Source: an uncultured Chitinophaga sp.
GTDB lineage: Bacteria > Bacteroidota > Bacteroidia > NS11-12g > UBA9320
DNA: 64,000 nucleotides
NCBI GenBank assembly: GCA_964617955.1
Contig: CAZTXB010000015.1
Coordinates: 290 to 64,289, forward strand
Direction: 5' to 3'
This document shows, piece by piece, positions 18,377-27,300 of this stretch. The position numbers and the translations under genes were made by a program. A model generated the notes under the pieces. It was not told the DNA's origin and ran no database searches. It saw only the letters and a list, made by a program, of their open reading frames with translations. Position 1 is the first letter of the stretch, and each line of letters begins with the position of its first letter.

Positions 18377-19210
18377 ATGCTAAACGCCACTCCAACCTAC
18401 ATAAAACAGTTACTAATATTTTTCGGACTTGCATACATTATTTCCTGGATAATTTGGTTGCCATTATATGGACATATTTTCGGACTGACCAATTTGCCAG
18501 TAATACCTTTCAATCATGCCATTGGTGGGTTGGGGCCTTTAATCGCGTCCTTTTTAGCTACCTGGATTTTACTTAAAAAAGATGGAGTCAAAAAACTCTT
18601 AGTAAAGTGTTTTCAAATTAAACCGATTACATATTTAGCAATTGCATTGTTCAGTCCTTTTATTCTTGCTTTCATTGCATCTGTGATTAGTTATTTCATC
18701 AACAAGACTTCAATCAACATTTTGGGACTTCTTACAACAAAAGAATTTCCGCAATGGAACTTACTCACTTTTTTCTTTTACAATCTCATATTTTTTGGAT
18801 TTGGTGAAGAAGTTGGTTGGCGTGGGTTTGCATTACCACGACTGCTAAACAAATCAAACGCATTGATCGCAAGTATTCTGCTGACATTGTTTTGGGCTTT
18901 GTGGCATGTGCCGTTATTTTTTTACAGACCAAGTTACACGACAATGGACTGGATGGGTATTTTGGGTTGGGTTTTTAGTTTGCTGACAGGAAGTATTTTG
19001 TTGACATGGTTATATAACTCAGCGAAAGCAAGCATTTTAATTTGCGCTGTTTTCCATTCTACCATCGACATTGCATTTACTGCTGACATTGCCGACAAAA
19101 ATATTATGAACTACATGGGATTTTTAATAACCGTTTGGGGAATCTTGATAATAATTATTTTTAAACCAAAGTATTTATCACGGCAACAATCAACGACATT
19201 GATAAACTAA
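18377..19210 (+). CDS. CPBP (CAAX protease/Abi domain) intramembrane metalloprotease
   Basis: Multiple transmembrane segments; EEVGWRG, WALWH and FH motifs. Confidence 0.88.
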   Translation: MLNATPTYIKQLLIFFGLAYIISWIIWLPLYGHIFGLTNLPVIPFNHAIGGLGPLIASFLATWILLKKDGVKKLLVKCFQIKPITYLAIALFSPFILAFIASVISYFINKTSINILGLLTTKEFPQWNLLTFFFYNLIFFGFGEEVGWRGFALPRLLNKSNALIASILLTLFWALWHVPLFFYRPSYTTMDWMGILGWVFSLLTGSILLTWLYNSAKASILICAVFHSTIDIAFTADIADKNIMNYMGFLITVWGILIIIIFKPKYLSRQQSTTLIN

Positions 19211-19311
19211 TTATGAATAATCACTTCTAAAAACAATTTGTTTGGACTGATTAACTGCACATAACACACAGATTAAAAGAAATCTTTTTAAAAAGGGTTT
19301 TTGTTTGATTA

Positions 19312-19415
19312 ACCACTCCCCTGCCGTGAAATAAAAATCACGGCAGGACACCCTCCTGCAAAACTCTGAAAACACCGGGGAATATGGCTTTTTAACGATT
19401 TATGACTTTAAAAGT
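19312..19415 (+). repeat. Palindromic site R5 plus tail
   Basis: ACCACTCCC-CTGCCGTGA-AATAAAAA (8 nt)-TCACGGCAG-GACACCC, then CTGCAAAACTCTGAAAACACCGGGGAATATGGCTTTTTAACGATTTATGAC. Confidence 0.88.
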
Positions 19416-19479
19416 GATAATTTTTAGTCCCTAATGGAGAGGGAAGTTAAAAAAGTGTGATTACTCCTTTTAAAATAAT

Positions 19480-19824
19480 TTATTTTTTAAGTTCATACGC
19501 TTCTCTGAGCCAGGTGAGAAGTTCTTTATCAATATCTTTTTCACCTACAAGCTTAATGGTATGATGAAAGCGGTTTGCTGATGCTTGCTCCACTTTGCTA
19601 ACCCTTTCGCTTGTGAGCTTGTAGTTTAAATGTACTTCTAAGTTGATGTAGTCTTTGCGTGTATAAACTCCAGCGAAACCAAACCGATTACCTAAATGAA
19701 TGCTTGTCTTGTTCGGTTCGATTTTTAGTTGTCCCAACTTTTGCAATTCGGCGACGAGCTTTTCGTAAATATTTGTAACAACTTTTTCTTTTCCAGTTAG
19801 ATGGTCATGTTCTGTATAGTTCAT
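19480..19824 (-). CDS. DUF5655-like small protein
   Basis: 114 aa; KTSIHL...FAGV...N.FHH.I.L..EKDID.ELL.WL.EAY pattern. Confidence 0.7.
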   Translation of the reverse strand: MNYTEHDHLTGKEKVVTNIYEKLVAELQKLGQLKIEPNKTSIHLGNRFGFAGVYTRKDYINLEVHLNYKLTSERVSKVEQASANRFHHTIKLVGEKDIDKELLTWLREAYELKK

Positions 19825-19830
19825 TTTTCT

Positions 19831-20358
19831 TTATTTAGAGTTAGGTAGTAATTTTTTTAATGCTGCCTGATAAATCTTTTTGATTGCGTTGTCAGGGTCG
19901 CCCTTAATAATTGCTTCGATTGCCGGAACTAAATCTTTGTTGTGTTTGGTTTTTAGCTTTACAATTTCTCCTAATGCAAATGCGGCACTCCATCTTACCA
20001 CCGTGCCCGAATATTCTGTATTCGTTAAAAGGTTGCTTATTGCCTTGTCCAACTTGTTAGGATAAAGATGTGCAATGTTACCAATAACTTTTGCTGATTC
20101 CCATTTTACTCTTGGTGCTTCGTGAGTCAAAGTTTCTGTAACAAAGTCAAGACAAGCTGAAGATGCAATGTCGGGTTGGTTTCTTGTTGCAAATTCAAGG
20201 GCTTCAATGCAGGTTCCTTTCTCTTTGTCTTTGGAAACCTTGGCAACTTTCAGCAGCTCATCAATGCTGACTTTTTTGTCGAGCAACATTTTGCTGATTG
20301 CTTCAACTTTAGGTTTTGCTTTAAGCTGCTTGTCAGTAATAATTGTTTGTATGTCCAT
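19831..20358 (-). CDS. HEAT-repeat protein
   Basis: Helical repeats VKWESAKVIGNIA and VRWSAAFALGEI. Confidence 0.7.
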   Translation of the reverse strand: MDIQTIITDKQLKAKPKVEAISKMLLDKKVSIDELLKVAKVSKDKEKGTCIEALEFATRNQPDIASSACLDFVTETLTHEAPRVKWESAKVIGNIAHLYPNKLDKAISNLLTNTEYSGTVVRWSAAFALGEIVKLKTKHNKDLVPAIEAIIKGDPDNAIKKIYQAALKKLLPNSK

Positions 20359-20402
20359 GTCGCTGCGGGAATCTTAATTGCTTTTTTCGAGATGAATAAA
20401 TT

Positions 20403-21023
20403 TCAATTTTTTAATTCATTTCGTTTGAAGGAGCAAAATAAAAAATTCTGTGTTGTGTTGAACGGCGTTATATGATCTTCCGTTATACACTTTATTTTTT
20501 GAAAACCATTTTGCAACTGTTGTTGCAATTCCTCTTCGGTGTATTGATGAACATCAAGCATACTGCATTTCTTTGGCCCTTTGTCGGAGAAGGTTCCTAT
20601 TACCATAAAACCTTTTACCGCTTTTCTTGCAGTTGTTATATAACTATTCATATCACTTGAACCAGTGAGAAAATGAAAAGTAGCCCTATCGTGCCAACAG
20701 TCATAAGTTGAAGCAGGATTAAATTCCGTTACATCGCTTACAATCCAATTTACGTTTTTAGCCTTGTCGCCAAGTCTATACTTAGCTCTTTCAATTGCTT
20801 TCTCTGAAATATCAAGCACAGAAATATTTTCAAAACCCTCATCAAGTAAATAATCAACTAATTTGCTGTCGCCACCTCCAATATCAATAATACTTGCTGA
20901 TTTTGGAAGATTAAAACTATGTACAAAGTCCAAAGATGTTTTAGGTAGTTCTTGTGTCCAGCTTACTTTGTGGGGCAGTTTATTTTCATAAACTCTTTCC
21001 CAATGTTCTTTTCTTGTTTCCAT
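20403..21023 (-). CDS. Class I SAM-dependent methyltransferase
   Basis: IIDIGGGDS motif I, VLDIS, WHDRATFHF. Confidence 0.88.
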   Translation of the reverse strand: METRKEHWERVYENKLPHKVSWTQELPKTSLDFVHSFNLPKSASIIDIGGGDSKLVDYLLDEGFENISVLDISEKAIERAKYRLGDKAKNVNWIVSDVTEFNPASTYDCWHDRATFHFLTGSSDMNSYITTARKAVKGFMVIGTFSDKGPKKCSMLDVHQYTEEELQQQLQNGFQKIKCITEDHITPFNTTQNFLFCSFKRNELKN

Positions 21024-21026
21024 TAT

Positions 21027-22436
21027 TTATTGTGTTGGTAATTTATAATCAATACCGAAATATTTGGCATAGTCCTCAATAGGTTGGAGCCCTACTTTTT
21101 TTCGCCGGATGTTTACATTTTTTTCATCTTCTATTGGATAAAACTCCTGCCCTCCGGTTTTATTAAATACAACCTGCGAACCATAAATTTGTTTTTTTCC
21201 TTCTCGCATTAAAATTCGGTCTTGCATCATTGCCATATCGCTGGCTTTTGATTCACCTTCCTCAACTGATTGTTGAAACAAAGGAAAATATTTTTTCTGA
21301 GTAGCCAAGTCTGCATGTTGAATCACAAGAAAAAATGCCTGATTATATCCTTCTCCAACCAAACTTTTCCCCATCCAACCGTATTTTTCAATAAGGGTTG
21401 TTATCTGCACCTGGTTACAACTGTCGATGTAATGCATAAACTTAGCCGAATCGCCATGTGCCCTTGTTTTTTGGTCTCTTTCGTAAATTGCTTTTAATTC
21501 CTTTTTTATTGCCTTCAAATCAAAATTGTCTTTAACCATTTCAGAGGCAGTAACAGTTTTGGTATAATACATTGCTTTGTAAGGATATGTTGTTTTAGCA
21601 GACATAAGCATCACATATTTATCAAAATTTAAAGTAGTATCAAAATCATTAATCGGCCTGTCCAGTTTTCTTTCTTCAAGTCCATGTCCAAAATCCGCGC
21701 GGCAAGTACCTTTTAAATAGTAATTACCAATGGTGCAGATTTTAGCAGATAGATTTAATTCCTGATCCTTTTTTAGATATGATGCCATTTTCTTTTCAAA
21801 AGGAGAAATCAATGCATGAGCATTACCACTAAGCGTTACCTTTTTCCATTTCGGATGCAACTGAATTTGATTTTTTATTTTCAAATACATAATGCTATCT
21901 CTTTCATATATTTTCCCATCACCTTCATTCCTGTCAAAGAAAAAAAGTTGAACCTTCGGGTTGTTTTTCAAATGCGAAATAATACTTGCCCATGCAAAGG
22001 ATTGCCGTCCATCAAGAATTGGAAGATCATAAAAAAAATGACTTTGATAAATGCTGCTATCAGTATGTGATGAAATATAATTTGTCGTTTTCTCTGATGG
22101 TATTTCCAAACCAACAGAAACGCTGTCGCCTTTGCCGGTCAGAAGATTTGTTAAACCTATTACAAACTGTGCAGATTCATTTGTGCCATGCATTTCTCCT
22201 ATCATTAGGATTTGAAAAGGGGAAAGAAGATTATAAACTGAATCACTTAGCAAGTATGGGTTCTCAACTTTTACGGCATTTGCTTTAAGATATGCTGTAT
22301 TATTTTGTCCTCTCGTATTTATGAAAGTAAGTGATAAGAAAAACAGGGGTAAATATTTTTTGACAACAAATGAAGTTCGCCATTTGTCAAAAAGATTTAT
22401 AGATGTGAATGAGCTGTTTAAAGTTTGAATAACCAT
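21027..22436 (-). CDS. Secreted two-domain protein (N-terminal esterase/ChaN-like, C-terminal DUF6624-like)
   Basis: Signal-like segment; IGEMHGT motif; C-terminal FLVIQHAD, MMQDR...QIYGSQ and P.EDE.NVN.RR..VGL motifs. Confidence 0.6.
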   Translation of the reverse strand: MVIQTLNSSFTSINLFDKWRTSFVVKKYLPLFFLSLTFINTRGQNNTAYLKANAVKVENPYLLSDSVYNLLSPFQILMIGEMHGTNESAQFVIGLTNLLTGKGDSVSVGLEIPSEKTTNYISSHTDSSIYQSHFFYDLPILDGRQSFAWASIISHLKNNPKVQLFFFDRNEGDGKIYERDSIMYLKIKNQIQLHPKWKKVTLSGNAHALISPFEKKMASYLKKDQELNLSAKICTIGNYYLKGTCRADFGHGLEERKLDRPINDFDTTLNFDKYVMLMSAKTTYPYKAMYYTKTVTASEMVKDNFDLKAIKKELKAIYERDQKTRAHGDSAKFMHYIDSCNQVQITTLIEKYGWMGKSLVGEGYNQAFFLVIQHADLATQKKYFPLFQQSVEEGESKASDMAMMQDRILMREGKKQIYGSQVVFNKTGGQEFYPIEDEKNVNIRRKKVGLQPIEDYAKYFGIDYKLPTQ

Positions 22437-22511
22437 AATATCTATTTCACAAATCTATATTTTTTTTGAAAGTACTAAAGCAAGTTGCCTTTTCATCAAA
22501 TGATTAGAGAT

Positions 22512-22560
22512 ACCACCCCCCTGCCGTGCAATAAAATCACGGCAGGGCACCCCTCTGCCG
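22512..22560 (+). repeat. Palindromic site R6 (no tail), just downstream of the integrase stop codon
   Basis: ACCACCCCC-CTGCCGTGC-AATAAAA-TCACGGCAG-GGCACCCCTCTGCCG. Confidence 0.88.
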
Positions 22561-22600
22561 CAAAGTGACTCGTTCTGAAATACCTATCACAAATCAATAT

Positions 22601-23983
22601 TTATAAATTATATACAAAATTCGTTGAACAAAACGGGCATTCTATTGGAATTTTGTTCAACTTAATAATGTTCTTTTCAAATTTCATCACGGTATTTTCG
22701 CAAGAAGGACAGTTTACCTGAATTTCTTTTTCATTGGATTCTTCTTTAATTAACATATCCCACTTATCCATGTGTTTATCCCTTAATTCATCTACCACTT
22801 TGGCATAACGTTGGGTTGTTGTTAATTCAGAATGGCCCAAAATATCACTTACTACCTCTATTGGTACTCCCAACAATAGTGAACTTACTGCAAACGTGTG
22901 CCTGGAACAATGGAATGTAATATGCTTTTTAATATTTGTGTGATCTTGAATAATGGCTTTAAGATATTTATTTGTTTGAGCGTCCTCCATAACAGGATTA
23001 TCAAAAACCAAGCCGCCGGGGTTTGATAGGTCAAGCAGCAATAAAATCCTTTTTCTCAAGGGTATTCTCACCGTTTTTTTTCTGTCCAACCGGCCTTTCT
23101 GCATTTCTTTAACAATATAATTACCCTGAATATCTTTACTATTTAGGGTTTTTATATCTGAATGGCGGAGGCCGCAATAGCACGCCACCAAAAAATAGCG
23201 CAAGATTTCCTGGTATCTTTGGCCTACGGCAAATTCTTTGTATTTGGCATATTTACTTTCAGATTTTCTAACAATTTTCAATAATTTTTTACTGTCATAA
23301 AGTTTTTGCAGCTCATTAATTTCATCCGGTACTAAATGTTGAACTTCTGAAAAATGAGGCTGGCCAACGGTATAGTCCGAAAACGGGTATTTTGTTAATT
23401 TTCCCTGGTCAAATAGTTTTTTAGTGTATTTGCGAAGAAACACAAGGTCGTTATAAATGGTATTTTTTGATAGCTTTAATTCTTCACTCAAATACGTTTG
23501 AAACTTATCCAGAAATACCTTGTTTACTTCGTGAATTGAAAGTTTTGATCTAAAATCTTTAAGATGCTTTAATTTAGCTAAATATCCTTTTATGGTCGAC
23601 GGACTGATTTTGGTGAATTTTTTCTCATAGTCGATCGTCTGTTCAATAAAATCAAATAGGCTTATGGATTTTTCTTTCCCTGTTCGGGATATATAAACTT
23701 CTTTGACCCTGTTAGGAGTAATTATTTCCTGCTTTTTCTCAAAATCCTCGACAATAGTATCAATAATGCCTTTTTGTCTAACTATAAATGCATTGGTTGT
23801 ACCAAATCCCGTTATCCCAGCTTTAACACATTTATTTATTTCATCATAATGAATCCTTTTTATTCTTTTTCCAAGATTTATATAGTCATGTTCACCATTT
23901 ATAGAAACCCTTAAAAGCATAGGGATCATTCCATCTTTACCAACATGATGTGTTTTGCAATCAAAACTAACGGTATATCTCAT
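22601..23983 (-). CDS. int: Tyrosine integrase (Bacteroidota arm-binding type) with C-terminal Cys4 extension
   Basis: N-terminal arm-binding LLRVSING segment; catalytic R (GLRHSD), HxxR (FHCSRH), H (LGHS) and Y (QRYAK); tail CPSC-x21-CPFC. Confidence 0.93.
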   Translation of the reverse strand: MRYTVSFDCKTHHVGKDGMIPMLLRVSINGEHDYINLGKRIKRIHYDEINKCVKAGITGFGTTNAFIVRQKGIIDTIVEDFEKKQEIITPNRVKEVYISRTGKEKSISLFDFIEQTIDYEKKFTKISPSTIKGYLAKLKHLKDFRSKLSIHEVNKVFLDKFQTYLSEELKLSKNTIYNDLVFLRKYTKKLFDQGKLTKYPFSDYTVGQPHFSEVQHLVPDEINELQKLYDSKKLLKIVRKSESKYAKYKEFAVGQRYQEILRYFLVACYCGLRHSDIKTLNSKDIQGNYIVKEMQKGRLDRKKTVRIPLRKRILLLLDLSNPGGLVFDNPVMEDAQTNKYLKAIIQDHTNIKKHITFHCSRHTFAVSSLLLGVPIEVVSDILGHSELTTTQRYAKVVDELRDKHMDKWDMLIKEESNEKEIQVNCPSCENTVMKFEKNIIKLNKIPIECPFCSTNFVYNL

Positions 23984-24018
23984 TATTTTTCAAATTTGTT
24001 CAGCGAAGATACAAAATA

Positions 24019-24041
24019 AATTTGTGAGATATTTGTGAGAC
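24019..24041. repeat. Putative integrase arm-type site, right end
   Basis: 23-bp exact match to 3957-3979. Confidence 0.7.
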
Positions 24042-24152
24042 GAAATCGTAAATTCAAGAGATTTATCTCTAAAATATCCAAAAACGTAAAATAAAAACTA
24101 TTGATTTATAGATATTTACGGATTGTGTCTGGTTTGCAAAGTAGGGAGAAAT

Positions 24153-24192
24153 GTTTAGGAAACTTCTATTCTATCCATTGAACTACGGGGCC
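24153..24192 (-). pseudogene. 5' half of host tRNA-Arg(CCT); right att junction
   Basis: GGCCCCGTAGTTCAATGGATAGAATAGAAGTTTCCTAAAC followed by non-tRNA island sequence; joins 3833-3864 to give a fully paired 72-nt tRNA. Confidence 0.88.
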
Positions 24193-24312
24193 ATTGATAT
24201 TCAATTACTTATTTTTATGAATGGCAAAATGCAAATTAAGGCAAAAATTTGCTTGAAAAGAAGCCTTGCACAGTCATTATAGATTTCAAATCTTAATTAT
24301 ACATTTGAGGGT

Positions 24313-27300
24313 ATGATTAAAAAATGGATTCAATGTTTATTTTTTCTTTGGCTACCTGCCTTGGCCTTTTCTCAGTCCTTCGATCTGGGCCGTTTTTCCG
24401 ACCTCAAATTCAGAAGCATAGGCCCCTTTAGAGGAGGGCGCAGCCTGGCTGTGGCCGGGCATGCCTCCGAGCCCAACAGATTTTATTTTGGTGCTGTGGG
24501 TGGCGGGGTATGGAAAACAGAAGACGGAGGCAAGATTTGGTCGTGCATCTCTGATACTACTTTCAAGAGCAGTTCGGTTGGCGCCATTGCGGTAGCCCAA
24601 AGCGATCCCCGAATGGTGTATGTGGGTATGGGCGAAACGGATATCCGGGGCAACATAAGTTTTGGCGACGGAATGTATAAAAGCATTAATGGAGGCAAAA
24701 AATGGCAAAAGTTAGGGCTTGAAAAAACCTACGCCATTGCCAACATCGTAGTACATCCCAAAAATCCGGAAATTGTTTATATCTCAGCGCTTGGCAATCC
24801 ATTTAAGCCTAACCCCGAAAGGGGAGTTTACCGCTCGAAAAATGGTGGATTGAGCTGGCAGCGGGTGCTTTACAAATCCGACAGTGCCGGATGCATCAAT
24901 GTGGTGATGGACCCCAATAATTCGGAAGTGCTATACGCCAGTTTATGGCAATGTTATCGCACCCCCTGGAGCATGAGCAGCGGCGGCAGACATAGCGGAC
25001 TTTATAAGTCGGTCGACGGTGGCGATACCTGGCAATTGCTCTCTCAAAACGAGGGATTGCCAAAGGGCCTGCTTGGAAAAATTTGCATGGCCGTTTCGCC
25101 AGTGAATTCCGATCGGGTATTTGCCATGGTCGAAAACGCCAACGGGGGTCTCTTCAGAAGTGATGACGCAGGCGAAACCTGGAAAAAAATTACCGAAGAT
25201 AAAGTCATCCAACAGCGCCCCTGGTATTTTTCAGGCGTGTATTGTCATCCGAAAAATCAGGAAATAGTTTATGTATTGAATGTAGCAAACCACAAAAGCA
25301 CCGACGGTGGCAAAACCTTTAATTCATTTTGGGCCCAGCATGCCGACAATCACGACCTATGGATAAACCCGGAAAACCCGGAAATTATGATTATTGGCAA
25401 CGACGGAGGCGGGACAGTGAGTTATAATGGAGGTCTGAGTTGGAGCGAACAGGATTTCCCTACAGGCCAGTTTTATCATGTGAGCATCGATAACCAGTTT
25501 CCTTATCACATTTACGGGGCACAGCAGGACAATTCGAGCATCGGAATCAGCAGCAGGAGTTTTGGTTGGGAAATTAGCAAGGGAAATTGGTTTAACGCAG
25601 CCTGGGGAGAAAGTGGCTACGTTACTGCCCATCCTTTTAAAAACGAACTGACCTTTGGTGGCAACTACAGCGGCACCATTTACCGATATGACCGTGAATT
25701 GGGTTACACCACGTCAATCAATGTATATCCTGATGAAGCTTTGGGCGATGGGGTCGCCAAAATAAAATACAGGTTTCAATGGACCTTTCCAATCCTTTTT
25801 TCACCGCACAGTACCAAGGAAAAGAGCATATTGTATGCCACCTCTCAGCATGTGCATCGAAGCTTTGATGAAGGTTTGCATTGGGAAACTATAAGTCCTG
25901 ACCTCACTAGAAACGATAAGTCAAAACAAGTATCAAGTGGGGGACCTATTTCAAAAGACAATACGGGTGTGGAGGTATTCAACACTGTTTTTACCTTAGC
26001 CGAATCGGGAATAGAAAAAGGATTGCTTTGGGCGGGATCAGATGATGGTCTAGTGCATGTGAGCAAAAATGATGGAAAAAGCTGGGAAAATGTAACGCCG
26101 GGAATGTTATTGGAAAATACACAAATAAGCATCATCGAAGCCTCACATTTTAAAAAGGCCAAGGCTTACCTTGCCGGAAACCGTTTTAAGTTGGGTGAAC
26201 AAGGTCCCATGCTTCTAAAAACTGAGGATTTTGGAAAGACATGGAAGCGCATAGAAAATGGCTTGCCAAAAGGGAGTGTGACCCGGGTTGTACGCGAAGA
26301 TCCGTCATGCGAAGGACTGCTTTTTTGCGGCACTGAAACGGGTTTGTTTGTTTCATTTAACGATGGAGAGCTCTGGCAAGCCTTTAACCAAAACCTTCCG
26401 AATACGCCCATCCATGATTTGGCCATTCACCCTAGCGAGCACGACCTAGTGGTGGCTACCCATGGCAGAGGATTTTGGGTCATGGACAACCTCAATATTT
26501 TCTATAAAATTCTCAAAGAGAAAAAAGTAAATGAAACGATCCTCTTGATTTGCCGAAACACCTTTAATGCCAGAGGTGGGTTCTACAACGAGCCCGGCAT
26601 GCAGGCCGGAGTGAATGGACCGTGCGGAATGGTCATAGATTATCTTTTGCCCGGGGCTGAAAGCAAAGAATTGGTTATAAAAATAAGAAATCAAAACGGT
26701 GATTCACTATCGGCCTTTTCATCAACCCGCGACAAAAATTATATGCCAATATTAATCAGTCAGGAATACAACCAGGCTAAAACGGCAAAACCCCTTGGCT
26801 TGCTCACTGCCAATAAAGGATTTAACCGTTTTGTATGGGATATGAAAACAGCGGATTTAACCAAATTAGAGGGAGATGGACAGGTGATGTGGGGTGCTGA
26901 TTTAACAGGGCCCCTGGCGTTTCCGGGGTCCTATTCCGTGGAGCTTTTGTTGGCCGACAGTTTGATCTTGAAAACTGTTTGCTCAATTTTGCCCGATCCG
27001 CGTTTTGAAGATCAGAGTTTGGAATCGTATAATAAGAAAAAAGGCCTACTCGATTCCATCATCAAAAAGGTAAATGATACGCATGCAGCCATAAACAGCA
27101 TGAGGGGCATTAAAAAACAAATCCAGGCTTATGTGGGTAAACTAAATTCGGGAGCTGACAGGGATAGCGTGACAAAATTGGGAAAGCTCATCAGCGACAC
27201 CTTGACCCGAATTGAGAACGAACTTGTACAAAACAAGGCAAAAAACATTCAGGATTTGCTAAACTATCCCATGAAACTGAACAACAAAATGGCACAGCTC

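Larger units (their letters stand above)
3865..24161. mobile_element. Integrative island (~20.3 kb) inserted in tRNA-Arg(CCT)
   Basis: Direct repeat GTTTAGGAA at 3865-3873 and 24153-24161; complementary tRNA halves outside it; integrase and xis-like gene at opposite ends; defence cargo. Confidence 0.92.

Noticed and set aside
18377-19210. CPBP protein as a proven abortive-infection gene
   Set aside because: The Abi label of this family does not establish antiphage function; only the protease motifs are supported.
4581-22560. CRISPR array made of the R palindromes
   Set aside because: Intervals are 0.7-10 kb and contain genes; no cas genes are present.
4581-23983. Canonical integron (IntI plus attC array)
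   Set aside because: The integrase has an N-terminal arm-binding domain and targets a tRNA. The R sites lack RYYYAAC/GTTRRRY boxes, and modules are multi-gene, up to 10 kb, and in both orientations.
3865-24161. Prophage or ICE
   Set aside because: No structural, packaging, lysis, relaxase or T4SS genes recognised.
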